From Candidatus Hydrogenedentota bacterium (lineage in GTDB: Bacteria > Hydrogenedentota > Hydrogenedentia > Hydrogenedentales > SLHB01): a stretch of 64,000 nucleotides of DNA. The position numbers were made by a program, and so were the translations under genes. Numbering within the stretch: position 1 is the stretch's first letter; every line of letters starts with the position of its first letter. Below, piece by piece: positions 11,201 through 20,764 of this stretch. Under the pieces are notes generated by a model, which worked only from the letters and a program-made list of their open reading frames with translations, searched no databases and was not told where the DNA came from. Location of the stretch: NCBI GenBank assembly GCA_963674865.2, contig CAXXYE010000010.1, positions 1 to 64,000 on the forward strand, written 5' to 3'.

Positions 11201-11493
11201 AGGTTCAACCCCGTTTGCCCCCCAACCGTGGGCAGTAGCGCGTCGGGGCGCTCCCGCTCGATGATCTCTCCAAGGATATCGACCGTCAAAGGCTCGATAT
11301 ACGTCCGATCGGCCACGTCCGGATCCGTCATGATTGTCGCGGGATTGCTGTTGGCCAGAACGACCTCGTAGCCTTCTTCCCGCAGCGCCTTGCAGGCCTG
11401 CGTGCCTGAGTAGTCGAACTCGCACGCTTGTCCGATCACGATCGGGCCTGAGCCGATGATAAATATCTTGTGGAGGTCTGTCCGTTTAGGCAT
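8251..11493 (-). CDS. carB: Carbamoyl-phosphate synthase large subunit
   Basis: [24 protein letters not shown], duplicated ATP-grasp ([15 protein letters not shown]) and C-terminal MGS domain. Confidence 0.99.
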   Translation of the reverse strand: MPKRTDLHKIFIIGSGPIVIGQACEFDYSGTQACKALREEGYEVVLANSNPATIMTDPDVADRTYIEPLTVDILGEIIERERPDALLPTVGGQTGLNLAVGLAESGILEKYGCELIGAKLDAIRKAEDRGLFRDAMLRINLEVPRSLVVHSVDEAMDFGAQLAYNAIIRPAFTLGGTGAGVSFNREEYEKVLQWGLDLSPVTEVLVEESVLGWKEYELEVMRDLRDNVVIICSIENFDPMGVHTGDSITVAPAQTLTDREYQVMRDAAIAVIREIGVDTGGSNIQFAVEPSSGRLVVIEMNPRVSRSSALASKATGFPIAKIAAKLAVGYSLDEIPNDITRETPASFEPTIDYCVTKVPRWAFEKFPGAEDKLTVQMKSVGETMSIGRTFKESLQKAIRGLEIGRHGLGADGKDKPLTGHPDSPQERSALLRAMRNPTSGRLMQVAQAFRAGATVDEIHEATWIDPWFLRNIREIVEEEQTLRERPDDAASFRRAKQMGFSDHQLGEIWGKDPLDVRARRKEAGIVPTYRLVDTCAAEFEAHTPYYYSTYSDEDEVRPTDKEKVMILGGGPNRIGQGIEFDYCCVHAAMALKEDGYETIMVNSNPETVSTDYDTSDRLYFEPVTFEDVLNIVEHEKPKGVIVQFGGQTPLNLAVALEKAGAPIIGTTPDSIARAEDRKRFREVVEKLSLLQPVNDTATSVEEAVAIAERIGYPVVVRPSFVLGGRAMEIVYDRTSLERYMGVAVEASPEHPILIDKFLEAAIELDVDAVADGTDVIVAGIMQHIEQAGIHSGDSACILPPYDLDQAIIDRVKEQTRALARELNVVGLMNVQYAVLDGTIYILEVNPRASRTVPFVSKATGLPLAKVAARIMAGKTLRELGVTSDPEPTYVSAKEVVLPFIKFPGVDIVLGPEMRSTGEVMGINSSMGMAFAKSQVGAGNPIPTEGTVFLSLSDREKKNMGTLARDLIELGFNVVATKGTAAFIREQGLPVEEVFKVGEGRPHIVDMMINGQIDWIINTPLGGESRYDERAIRRTAIEHGLPIITTIAGAKAAVAGFRAMRDGVPSVRSLQEYHASLTAGR

Positions 11494-11539
11494 AGCGCTT
11501 CAGCTTGTGTGTATCCTGCGATTCAGAGGTGAACGGGTT

Positions 11540-12007
11540 TCAGCGGTTGATCTCGAGAATCTCGAACTCGATTTCCCCGGCAGGGACTTTTGCTACCGTC
11601 GTGTCGCCGACCGACTTGCCCAACAGGGCCTCGCCCACCGGCGACCGCACGGAGATCTTGGCTTGAGCCATGTCGGCTTCAACCGGACTCACTAGCGTGT
11701 AAGTGAACTCCTTGTTCGTCGACCTGTTAAGCACACGAACATGCGCACCGATATACGCCTTGCTCGGGTCGATCTTCTCTCCGTCCAACACGGCGGCACG
11801 CGCGACCTTGTCTTCGAGATCGCGTATCCGGGCGTGGAGCATGGCCTGCTCCTCCTTCGCCGCATGATATTCCGCGTTCTCCTGCAAATCACCCAGCTCA
11901 CGGGCATGCTCGATGGCCGCGGCCACTGGCATGCGCCGCTCGCTGCATTCCGCGAGTTCGGCCTTTAGTTTCTCGAGTCCCTCGCGGGTGACATAGATCT
12001 TCTCCAT
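11540..12007 (-). CDS. greA: Transcription elongation factor GreA
   Basis: ARELGDLQENAEYHAAKEEQ and ISVRSPVGEALLGK. Confidence 0.97.
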   Translation of the reverse strand: MEKIYVTREGLEKLKAELAECSERRMPVAAAIEHARELGDLQENAEYHAAKEEQAMLHARIRDLEDKVARAAVLDGEKIDPSKAYIGAHVRVLNRSTNKEFTYTLVSPVEADMAQAKISVRSPVGEALLGKSVGDTTVAKVPAGEIEFEILEINR

Positions 12008-12057
12008 GCAAACATGGCTCCTGATTTGCGCCGAGATTGCCCTGCTGGAACTGCGGG

Positions 12058-12066
12058 ATTATACCA
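12058..12066 (-). promoter_or_regulatory. Extended -10 promoter (TGgTATAAT) for greA-carB
   Basis: Perfect TATAAT with a TG extension 50 bp upstream of greA. Confidence 0.6.
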
Positions 12067-12114
12067 GACGCCGCCGCTCGGTAAGAAATGCGTGTACGAC
12101 GCCTCTTGGGCCCC

Positions 12115-12882
12115 TCAGAACACGAACGGGATTAACGCCCGGCGTGTCATCGGGTAGTTGGGCAAATGCGCCCGGTACCACCGGTGGTGATGGTAGGCCC
12201 GGGGGGTGAGATTGGCCCCTGTCCAGATGGCGAACACCAGCCCCGGGAGCGACCACGTAAGCAGCGCCCACCCCGTCCATTCCACCAGTTCCCCGAGATA
12301 ATTCGGGCACGAGACCCATTGAAAAAGTCCCCCGTGAGGGACTTTGTAGCCGGCTTCGCCCGGTTTTCGGAGCTTTCTGAGCACATTGTCCGAGTGTATG
12401 TTCACCGCCAGGCCGCTCAGAAACAACGCCAATCCAGCCAGGAAGCGCGGATCCCAAAGCCACCCCGCCGCGTACTGATCGGCGAAGGCGCCCAGGTATC
12501 GTCCATTCAGGTAGGCGTTATACATGTTGAAGGCCAGCGCCATCCCCACGACCGCCAGCGGATGGTGCTTGCCGGAAGACCGCAGGCGCAAAGGGAAGAC
12601 AAAAGTGCGATAAATGTAGTGCGTTTCCCACAAGAGCAGGAACACCCACGCGGGCCCGAATCGGCCTCCGGTGCCGACGAGGAAGCATCCCGCGAATACG
12701 ACCACCGCTGGCAGCTCCATCAGCACCCAGCCCGCCGCCGGGCTCACCGTCGGCCCCCAACCGGGCCGGCTGTAGCGTCCGTAAGGGGCCGCCACGAAGA
12801 ACAGCGCGACGAACACCGCGCCCGCCGACACGAGGCCAAGGATGATCAGAAAGCCGTAGATTTCCTGTTCAACAAGACTCAT
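12115..12882 (-). CDS. 3-oxo-5-alpha-steroid 4-dehydrogenase (steroid 5-alpha-reductase family)
   Basis: APYGRY, WVLMELP, HYIYR, NIHSD, GGLFQWVSCPNYLGELVEW and HHRWY..YP..RRALIPF. Confidence 0.9.
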   Translation of the reverse strand: MSLVEQEIYGFLIILGLVSAGAVFVALFFVAAPYGRYSRPGWGPTVSPAAGWVLMELPAVVVFAGCFLVGTGGRFGPAWVFLLLWETHYIYRTFVFPLRLRSSGKHHPLAVVGMALAFNMYNAYLNGRYLGAFADQYAAGWLWDPRFLAGLALFLSGLAVNIHSDNVLRKLRKPGEAGYKVPHGGLFQWVSCPNYLGELVEWTGWALLTWSLPGLVFAIWTGANLTPRAYHHHRWYRAHLPNYPMTRRALIPFVF

Positions 12883-12886
12883 CAGG

Positions 12887-13906
12887 TCAAAGATATCCCC
12901 TGCTTCGGTACCAGGCGAAGGTATCCTCGATTGTCTGCCGGATTGGCCTCGGGGCGTATCCCAATGCTTCCCGCGCCTTTGTGTCGCTTACGACCTGGTG
13001 GTGCCTCAGGGCGCGCAGTGAAGCCAACGTGAAGAGCGGGCGTTTCCCTGTAACCAACCTCCCGATACTCGCGAAAGGCAAGCCTGCGTGCGCGAGCCAC
13101 AAGGGCACTTCAAATGCCGGCGCCTTTGTGCCCGTCACCTCCTGGACAAGTCCCGCGAGTTGCTCTAGCGTCAGATAATGGCCGGCGAGCAGGTACTTCT
13201 CGCCCGTGCGGCCGGCCCGCTCGGCGAGCATTGCACCCCGGCACACATCACGCACGTCCACCCAGTTGTAGCCTGCCCGCACCAGCGCCGGGAACCGCCC
13301 GCGCGCGAGGCTAAGCAATACCTGGCCCATCGCCGAAGGCTTGAAGTCGTAAGGGCCTATCACGCTCGTCGGATTCACGATAACGGCGTCCAGCCCTTGC
13401 TCCACGCCGGCAAGCACTTCCCGCTCGCCATCGGCCTTTGAGCGGTCGTAAGGCAGCCCTTTCCTATCGCCGCACAGAGGCCGCGCCTCATTCACGGCCG
13501 CGTCCGTCGGAATGGCGGAAAACGCATGGATCGAACTGAAATGCACCAGACGGCGCACCCCGCTCGCCAGGCAAGCCGCCACCACCTTGCGCGTCCCATC
13601 GACATTGACCCGGCGGGCCGCCGGGTCGCGCCATGAGCGTAGCGAGATCGCCGCGGCCAGATGATAGACTACTTCCGCGCCCGCAAACGCCCGTTCAAGG
13701 GAAGCTTGATCCAACACGTCCCCCGGCACGCGCCACGCCTCGACATCCTCAAGGGCGGCGGTGTCATGGTGGACCAGCGCCCGCACGTGGCGTCCTTCTT
13801 CGAGCAACGCCCGCACGAAAGCTGCCCCGACGTGCCCGGAACCGCCCGTGATCGCAGTGAACGTATCCAACCTGGTGAAGACTCCATCGGTTGCCGGAGC
13901 CGCCAT
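12887..13906 (-). CDS. NAD-dependent epimerase/dehydratase (DFR / 3-beta-HSD / HpnA-like extended SDR)
   Basis: TGGSGHVG, YHLAA, VHFSS, YDRSK and VDVRDV; start re-called at ATG 13906. Confidence 0.88.
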   Translation of the reverse strand: MAAPATDGVFTRLDTFTAITGGSGHVGAAFVRALLEEGRHVRALVHHDTAALEDVEAWRVPGDVLDQASLERAFAGAEVVYHLAAAISLRSWRDPAARRVNVDGTRKVVAACLASGVRRLVHFSSIHAFSAIPTDAAVNEARPLCGDRKGLPYDRSKADGEREVLAGVEQGLDAVIVNPTSVIGPYDFKPSAMGQVLLSLARGRFPALVRAGYNWVDVRDVCRGAMLAERAGRTGEKYLLAGHYLTLEQLAGLVQEVTGTKAPAFEVPLWLAHAGLPFASIGRLVTGKRPLFTLASLRALRHHQVVSDTKAREALGYAPRPIRQTIEDTFAWYRSRGYL

Positions 13907-14117
13907 GATAATGACTCGATGCCCTTTGTCCAAGCGCTCCGAAATTGCCGTGTAATTCGACAGTGTCGCGCTTTGCCGTGGGCTCATGTATCTGCTAAGG
14001 TCTCCCATACGACGCGGCGCAGTGGCCCGGCGTGCCGCGTCGAGACCTGATCCAGGGGGCGGATGAACGGGTCCTGCGTCCCCCGGAAGGAGGAGCGCGG
14101 GCAACAGGCGGGAAGTT

Positions 14118-14981
14118 ATGGATTCTCGAGTTCAGGCGTACCTTGCCACGCGGCTGTGCTTCGCGGTCCTCCCCTTCGCCCTTCTTCTCATGACGCCCGC
14201 TCCCGCGGCGGCCGAACTCACGCCGTCTCTTGACGCCTCTCCGCCCGGCCTAGAGCCCGGCTCAAGCGGTGAATACCTCCACGACGTGAGGGAGGCGCCG
14301 GAACGGCCAAGGCGATGGTTTCTTCTCTTCGCCGCGGTCAACACCTACCCTCAGCTCGAGAGCGAGGAGACTGTCGCCAAGCTCTTCGAGCGTCCCATGG
14401 AGTTCCTGGCCCCTGGATTCTCCGGCGTCACAACCTTCAGCGACATGCGCGACCGCGGCTTCCTATGGCCTCCTCACGTCGGCGTGGGACGCGTGTTCGG
14501 GAAGCGCTGGTCCGCCTTCATAGAGGTAGGCTACTCGGTCGGCAAGGTGCGTACTGAGGCCACCGATACCAGCCTCGTTCTCTGGCCCCTGCATAGTGAC
14601 TACGAGGTGAAGCGCTCCGCCCTATACGCCGGGCTCGGACTCGATTACTTTCCTTGGGGCAGGGCCAATCTCGCGGAATACACCGGCTTCAAGGCCAGAC
14701 TCGCCGCCGCCAGGCCGTTTATCGGCACGCGTGTCACGTGGACGGAGGCAGGTTACAGGGCCGATGTGAAAGTCGGGCCGAAGCCCTTCGGCAGCCTTAT
14801 CAGAGTGAAGCTGGACGATACTTGGCTCATTCCCAGCTTCAACGCCAATGTCGGCCTGGACGTCCCCATGACCAAACACAGCGCCCTTTCCCTCAACGCA
14901 GGCTACAACTTCTTCGCCTACCGCCGCTACGATTTCGAGGGCCCCGCCTTTGTGGTCGCCTGGAAGTGGTTTTTCAAATAG
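14118..14981 (+). CDS. Hypothetical protein, probable outer-membrane beta-barrel
   Basis: Signal peptide, amphipathic beta-strands with aromatic girdles, C-terminus VVAWKWFFK. Confidence 0.55.
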   Translation: MDSRVQAYLATRLCFAVLPFALLLMTPAPAAAELTPSLDASPPGLEPGSSGEYLHDVREAPERPRRWFLLFAAVNTYPQLESEETVAKLFERPMEFLAPGFSGVTTFSDMRDRGFLWPPHVGVGRVFGKRWSAFIEVGYSVGKVRTEATDTSLVLWPLHSDYEVKRSALYAGLGLDYFPWGRANLAEYTGFKARLAAARPFIGTRVTWTEAGYRADVKVGPKPFGSLIRVKLDDTWLIPSFNANVGLDVPMTKHSALSLNAGYNFFAYRRYDFEGPAFVVAWKWFFK

Positions 14982-15062
14982 CCGTCCTTGGCCGCGCGCT
15001 TGCGGTTGTGGGCCGCCATGGTGGACAATGGCCCCTTCCGCTACCTACGACTTGGATATATC

Positions 15063-16202
15063 ATGAACGATCAAGCTCTTCCGGATTCCATAGCTATTGC
15101 CGGCGCATGGGGCTACATTGGCCTGAAATTCGTCGAAGCCGCCATCCAATTAGGCATTACTCCCCGTGTCTACGATCCCGGGCCGAGGCCTTACAGCGTC
15201 GATCCGGCCTCACTTAGGCTGTTTGCCGATGAAAATGCCTTCTATCGCTGCCCCGCGCCCTTCTTCCACCTCGCCCTCCATCCCAAGGACCGGCAGCGTG
15301 CCTTGGCTACGCTCTTCGAACGCGCCCGACGCGGTGACGACCTTGTTATCCTGAACGAGAAGCCCATGGCCGCACCTGAGAATCCCGATCACTGCAACAA
15401 GATCTTACGCCGCGTCGAAGAATCGGGCGTCTTTCTGATGTACGACTTTCTTGAGCTCTTCGATCCCATGACGCAGGCCATTGACGAGTTCCTTGCCGGC
15501 ATGGCCGACGTCATCATTGACGAGATCTGGATGCACCGCTCCAAGGACCGCGAAAGCCCGGACAACGCGCGCAACTACAAGATCATGGTTCCCATTCAGT
15601 ATCAGGAGACGGTTCACTGCATTGCCTTTGTCCTGAGCTTGCTCGGCAAATTGCACGGCGGACTCCAATCCCTTTGGGCCGGCGGGGCCTCCATGCTGGG
15701 CGTCTCCGAGCCCTATGCGCCGCCGAATCCCGAGGAGTACCCCTATGTGGTGGATGGCAAATGCGACGGCGAACTGCTCTTGGGCGGCGTCAAGGTTCAT
15801 CTCCACACGAACTTCAAGACGGGCGCCGAGTTCACTAAGCGGCGGCTCATCAAAGGCCGCGCGAACGGCAAGCCTTTTGTCATCGAGGCCGACTATCTCG
15901 AAGGAAACAAGTATCTTCTCATCAATGGTGAAGATCAGGACATTGACCCGGAGTCGGATTCTTACGTTGGCGTCATCAGACAGCTCTGGCATTGGCGCCA
16001 AAACGTTGACAAGGAAGCGCTGATGGCCGGTGTCTATCCCAACGCACGCTTCGCGAAATGCACCTATCTTCTTTCCGCCATGCTTTGGGATAGCTGCCGC
16101 CACGGAGAGACTGTTTCCGTTGACGACCTCGATCACTTTCTCGCCTACCGCCCCTCCTTCCCCGCCGAACTCCCAGATCTCGAGAGATATGCCAGCGCCT
16201 GA
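15063..16202 (+). CDS. Divergent Gfo/Idh/MocA-like oxidoreductase
   Basis: N-terminal Rossmann IAIAGAWGYIG and NEKPMA motif; start uncertain (14988-15063). Confidence 0.55.
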   Translation: MNDQALPDSIAIAGAWGYIGLKFVEAAIQLGITPRVYDPGPRPYSVDPASLRLFADENAFYRCPAPFFHLALHPKDRQRALATLFERARRGDDLVILNEKPMAAPENPDHCNKILRRVEESGVFLMYDFLELFDPMTQAIDEFLAGMADVIIDEIWMHRSKDRESPDNARNYKIMVPIQYQETVHCIAFVLSLLGKLHGGLQSLWAGGASMLGVSEPYAPPNPEEYPYVVDGKCDGELLLGGVKVHLHTNFKTGAEFTKRRLIKGRANGKPFVIEADYLEGNKYLLINGEDQDIDPESDSYVGVIRQLWHWRQNVDKEALMAGVYPNARFAKCTYLLSAMLWDSCRHGETVSVDDLDHFLAYRPSFPAELPDLERYASA

Positions 16203-16391
16203 CGACCCGCCCGCTGTCAGTTTTGAGATCTGAAATCTCAGATCCCCGCATTCCACGCGTGGCGCCGACAACTTCTCCACGCAAGCCCGTCCCCGCGTAG
16301 CGCGGCCATAACCGCCCATGGTACGATGACCTGACATTCGCAGTTGCTTCCCGCCCGACCGGCGCGGAAGCTCATACTGGAGGCGCAATTA

Positions 16392-16512
16392 GGAGTGCGG
16401 CCAGAAAGTCACCGAATAACGGAGCACGAGATCTCTTGGCGTTGAGACAAAAGGACTTACAAATGCTTTCTGGCCGCATTCGACCAGAAACAACTCTTTC
16501 AGGCCAGACTTC
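16392..16512. mobile_element. Putative MITE / IS-derived miniature element
   Basis: Imperfect terminal inverted repeats (15/20 including flanks), TA on both sides, an extra internal inverted copy (15/16), no ORF. Confidence 0.5.
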
Positions 16513-16515
16513 TAG

Positions 16516-18102
16516 ATGAACAGGAGGCATTTTATGAAGATGATGGGCGGCGGCGTGGCAGCGGCCTCGCTTTCAAGTGTCCTCGCGGCGGAGACAACGG
16601 CATCTGCTCCCGGCGCACCTCGTCCCAATATCGTACTTATCCTGGCCGACGACCTCGGCTTCTCCGATATCGGCTGCTACGGCTCCGAAATCCACACGCC
16701 CAATCTCGACAAGCTTGCTGGGGAGGGGCTGCGCTTCACCCAGTTCTATTGCGCCGCCCGGTGCTGCCCGTCGAGGGCGTCCATCTTGACTGGGCTCTAT
16801 CCGCACCAGGCCGGCATGGGAAACATGGTGAGCAAGCCTGATGATCCACGCCCTCCCGGCCCCTATCAGGGCTATCTCAACGACCGGTGCGTCACCGTTG
16901 CCGAGATGCTCAAACAGGCCGGGTATCGCACCTACATGTCAGGCAAGTGGCACGTCGGCGAGGCCCCCGAGCACTGGCCGCGAAAGCGCGGCTTCGACCG
17001 CTACTTCGGGCTTATTAGCGGCGCCTGTAGCTACTGGGAACTCCTCCAGGAAGAGCGCCACAAGCGCGTCATGGCCCTCGATGATGACCCCTTCGAGCCG
17101 GAGCCCGGCGACTTCTACATGACGGACGCGTTTACCGATCATGCTCTTCAATTCCTTCAGGAACACGGCGACAACCCCGCCCCATTCTTCCTGTATCTAC
17201 CCTTCACCGCCCCCCATTGGCCCCTTCACGCTTGGCCCGAGGATATCGAGAAGTATCGCGGGCGTTATGACTGCGGATGGGACAGCATTCGCGAAGAGCG
17301 CTACGAACGGCTCAAGAGCCTGGGCATCATCGATCCCAAGTGGGCCTTGTCCCCGCGAGATGACGAAGTGCCGCCCTGGAGCGAGGTGGACAACAAGGAG
17401 GACTGGGCGCTGCGCATGAACGTGTACGCGGCCATGGTGGACCGCATGGATCAAGGTATTGGCCGTGTCCTTGACGCGCTCAACGAGATGGGCGCCGAGG
17501 AAAACACCCTTGTCATGTTCCTGTCCGACAACGGCGGCTGCGCAGAGAGTGTCGTCCGTCGGAATCTGAACACCCCGGGGACGAAGCCCGGCGAACGCGG
17601 CTCATTCGTCGCCTACCAGCGCCCGTGGGCCAACGCAAGCAACTCGCCCTTCCGCCTATTCAAGAAGTGGATTCACGAAGGCGGCATCGCTACCCCGCTG
17701 GTTGCCCGCTGGCCGCGCGTCATCAGGCAACAAGGTGCGCTCACTCACCAAGTCGGCCATATCAATGATTTCATGTCCACCTGTCTCGATGTGGCCGGGC
17801 TCACCTACCCCGAGAGCTTCGAGGGGCGTACCGTCACGCCGACGGAAGGAAAGAGCCTGTTCCCCGTGTTCCGGGGCGAAACCCGCGCGCCGCACGAGAT
17901 CCTGTTCTGGGAACACATCGGGAACCGCGGTGTGCGCCAAGGGAAATGGAAGCTCGTCGCCGAAAAGGCCGGCGGCTGGGAACTCTACGACCTGGAGGCC
18001 GACCGCACCGAACTGCACAACCTTGCGGACGAGTTTCCGGAGAAGGCCAAGGAATTGAACCAGCGCTACGATGATTGGGCCAAGCGCGTCGGGGCCGTGT
18101 GA
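16516..18102 (+). CDS. Tat-exported arylsulfatase
   Basis: NRRHFMK twin-arginine signal; ADDLG, CCPSRASILTG (CxPxR), GKWH, APHWP and SDNG. Confidence 0.95.
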   Translation: MNRRHFMKMMGGGVAAASLSSVLAAETTASAPGAPRPNIVLILADDLGFSDIGCYGSEIHTPNLDKLAGEGLRFTQFYCAARCCPSRASILTGLYPHQAGMGNMVSKPDDPRPPGPYQGYLNDRCVTVAEMLKQAGYRTYMSGKWHVGEAPEHWPRKRGFDRYFGLISGACSYWELLQEERHKRVMALDDDPFEPEPGDFYMTDAFTDHALQFLQEHGDNPAPFFLYLPFTAPHWPLHAWPEDIEKYRGRYDCGWDSIREERYERLKSLGIIDPKWALSPRDDEVPPWSEVDNKEDWALRMNVYAAMVDRMDQGIGRVLDALNEMGAEENTLVMFLSDNGGCAESVVRRNLNTPGTKPGERGSFVAYQRPWANASNSPFRLFKKWIHEGGIATPLVARWPRVIRQQGALTHQVGHINDFMSTCLDVAGLTYPESFEGRTVTPTEGKSLFPVFRGETRAPHEILFWEHIGNRGVRQGKWKLVAEKAGGWELYDLEADRTELHNLADEFPEKAKELNQRYDDWAKRVGAV

Positions 18103-18155
18103 GGCCCTGCCGAACGCTGCCCTGACACGTTGCGCCAGGGATTGGGGAGGCGCCG

Positions 18156-19460
18156 ATGAAGAAGTGTCACACGTGCCTTGTTTTGCTGTGTCTACTGCTT
18201 GCCGCGCGTGCCTGGGCGGGCTTCGCCCTCGACGCGGCCGAGTTCGGCGCCACGGCTGATGGTGAAACGGATTGCACTGCCGCGCTCCAGCGGGCCCTCG
18301 ATGCCTGCGCGGAGCAAGGCGGCGGCATCGTCCACGTGCCGCCCGGGGACTACGCCGTTCAAGGCTCTCTAAACATACCGGACAACGTGACCCTCGAAGG
18401 CGTCTTCTGCGCGCCAACGGCGTGGAGCCAGGGAAAGGGCACAACTCTGCGCGCCTATGCCGGCAAGGGGGAAGAGGACGGCGTGCCCTTCATCACACTC
18501 AACTTGAATGCCACCCTCAAGGGCCTGACCATCTTCTATCCTGAGCAGACGGAGAAGGCCGTCGTCCCCTATCCGTGGACTATCGCCGGGGCGGGTAAGG
18601 ACAATGTAACGATCCTCGATTGCCTCATCGTCAATCCATACCAGGCCATTGACCTCGGGACTCGCCCCAGCGGCCGGCACTACGTGGCGCGCGTCTACGG
18701 CTGCCCCCTGCGCAAAGGGCTGTACATCGACCAGTGCTACGATGTGGGCCGGATCGAGAATGTCCACTTCTGGCCCTTCTACGGCGCCGTTCACGATCGC
18801 GAGGGCGCGGCCGGGAAGTTCATGCAAGAACACGGCGAGGCGTTCATCTTTGGCCGCACGGACTGGCAGTACGTCATCAACACCTTCTGCTGGGGATACA
18901 AGTTCGGCTACCACTTCACCGAGACGGAGAAAGGTGTCTGCAACGGCAACTTCCTCGGCATCGGCGCCGATGCCTGCAACGTGTCCGTCCTCGTCGAGAA
19001 CGCCGCTCCCTACGGCCTGCTCTTCACCAATGGCGAGTTCGTGGCGTTCCCCGGTACCGAGCCCACGCAGGTGGTCGTTTCCGCCAAGAACCGAGGCGTC
19101 GTCCAGTTCAACAACTGCGCCTTCTGGGGCCCGTGCCGCCAGTGCGCCCGTGTCGAAGGAAAGGGATTCGTCAGCTTCAACCAGTGCAACTTCGTCGAAT
19201 GGAGCGGCGACGCGCCGTGCATCAGCGCCCTGTCCGGGCAATTGACAATAAACGCGTGCCGATTCGCCCGGCCCGGCCCCGGCGTGGAGCTCGGCTCTGA
19301 GGTAACGGGCGCGGTGGTGACCGCCAACCTCTTCCCGGGAACAGGCGCCGTCACCGTTGCCCCCAATGTGCCCGCCGTGATCGAGAACAACCTCGAACTC
19401 GCCCCGCCCGCGGCTGTATCGTCCGGCCCGGCCGTCAACGACGGAGGAAGCTCGCCTTGA
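18156..19460 (+). CDS. Secreted right-handed beta-helix protein (Pectate_lyase_3 / GH28-GH55-like)
   Basis: Signal peptide; FGATADGETDCTAALQRALD..GGGIVHVPPGDY; Asn/Cys ladder repeats. Confidence 0.8.
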   Translation: MKKCHTCLVLLCLLLAARAWAGFALDAAEFGATADGETDCTAALQRALDACAEQGGGIVHVPPGDYAVQGSLNIPDNVTLEGVFCAPTAWSQGKGTTLRAYAGKGEEDGVPFITLNLNATLKGLTIFYPEQTEKAVVPYPWTIAGAGKDNVTILDCLIVNPYQAIDLGTRPSGRHYVARVYGCPLRKGLYIDQCYDVGRIENVHFWPFYGAVHDREGAAGKFMQEHGEAFIFGRTDWQYVINTFCWGYKFGYHFTETEKGVCNGNFLGIGADACNVSVLVENAAPYGLLFTNGEFVAFPGTEPTQVVVSAKNRGVVQFNNCAFWGPCRQCARVEGKGFVSFNQCNFVEWSGDAPCISALSGQLTINACRFARPGPGVELGSEVTGAVVTANLFPGTGAVTVAPNVPAVIENNLELAPPAAVSSGPAVNDGGSSP

Positions 19461-19516
19461 GTCATGCCTGTAAAGCGGAGGGCGGCGATGCTTCGTGCTG
19501 AGCAAGAGGAAGGCAC

Positions 19517-20623
19517 ATGGTAAGGGTAGGCCTCTACTGCCGCGATATCGGCCGCTGGGGCAAGGGCGTTGGAAAATACGTCCGCGAAATACTCCGGCAT
19601 ATGCTGGCGACGCCGCGCCCGGACGTTCACTACTTCGCCATAGTGCCGCGCTCGGTTGATACGGCCCTTTTGCCGCCCGGGGCGGAACCTGTCTTCATTC
19701 CCGATTGCCACCGCGTGTTGCAGGACCACTTCTTCGCCGCCAGGGCCGTGAACCGATTGGGGCTGGATGTCGCCTGGCTTCCCAAGAACGTCATCCCCTA
19801 CGGCCTTCGCTGCAAGGCCGTGGTGAGCTTCCTGGACTTGGCCTATTTCATGCCCGAGTTCCACGCCTACCCCCTCGCGGACTCCCTCTACATGAAGCGC
19901 ATGTTTCGCCGGAGTGCCCGGCGCGCCGACGCGATCGTGGCGATCTCTGAAAACACGCGGCAAGACGGTATACGCCTCCTCGGTGTGCCGGAAGAGAGGA
20001 TCAAAGTCATCTATCCCGGAATCAGCGACGTGTACCATCCCATCGTCGATGCAGTGCGCCTCGACGAGGTCCGCGCGCGATACAAACTCCCCGAGCAATT
20101 CGTCTTCTACGCGGGCGGCATAAGCCCCCGAAAGAACCTGCCCCGCCTCCTGGAGGCCTTTCGCCGCATCCAGGGCCGGATTCCGCACGCCCTTGTCGTC
20201 ACCGGCTGGAATATCCAGAACGAAAAGGAGTGGGGCGCGGCCATCGCAGGATTGGACGACAGACTCATCAGGCTCGGAAAGGTGCCCATCGAGGACATGC
20301 CCGCCCTGTTCAATCTTGCATCCATCTACGCGCACCTCAGCCTCTACGAAGGATTCGGATTCACTGTGCCGGAGGCCCAAGCCTGCGGCACGCCCGTTCT
20401 CAACGCTAACGTCAGTTGTATGCCCGAGATTGGGGGAGAGGGCGCCCTCTACGTGGACCCGACGGATATCGCCGCCGTTTCGGAGGGGATCCTCCGGCTT
20501 GCAACCGACCCGGATCTCGTCGAACGACTAGCCGCCAAAGGCCTGGAGAATGCCCGGCGCTTCCGTTGGGACGAAGCCGCCGGCTTGCTTCAGGACCTCC
20601 TTGTGGACGTGGCCCGGCGGTGA
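19517..20623 (+). CDS. Glycosyltransferase family 4
   Basis: SPRKNLPRL and SLYEGFGFTVPEAQACG. Confidence 0.92.
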   Translation: MVRVGLYCRDIGRWGKGVGKYVREILRHMLATPRPDVHYFAIVPRSVDTALLPPGAEPVFIPDCHRVLQDHFFAARAVNRLGLDVAWLPKNVIPYGLRCKAVVSFLDLAYFMPEFHAYPLADSLYMKRMFRRSARRADAIVAISENTRQDGIRLLGVPEERIKVIYPGISDVYHPIVDAVRLDEVRARYKLPEQFVFYAGGISPRKNLPRLLEAFRRIQGRIPHALVVTGWNIQNEKEWGAAIAGLDDRLIRLGKVPIEDMPALFNLASIYAHLSLYEGFGFTVPEAQACGTPVLNANVSCMPEIGGEGALYVDPTDIAAVSEGILRLATDPDLVERLAAKGLENARRFRWDEAAGLLQDLLVDVARR

Positions 20624-20697
20624 GCGCATTTCAGGAATATGGGGGCGCTAATCCCCTGACGGGCTTCAAGGTCGGCGGGCGGCTGCCTGCTTCAGTG

Positions 20698-20726
20698 TTG
20701 CCACCCGCTGCGCTATCGGCTACTAT
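20698..20726 (+). promoter_or_regulatory. Putative sigma70 promoter TTGCCA-17-TACTAT
   Basis: Spacing and position about 40 bp upstream of the GT2 gene. Confidence 0.45.
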
Positions 20727-20764
20727 GGCTGTGGGCTATTAACGCATGCGAACCGAGGCAGAGT

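Noticed and set aside
16521..16536. AGGAGG + ATG 16534 as an alternative sulfatase start
   Set aside because: AGGAGG encodes the twin arginines of the Tat signal; starting at 16534 would remove the motif
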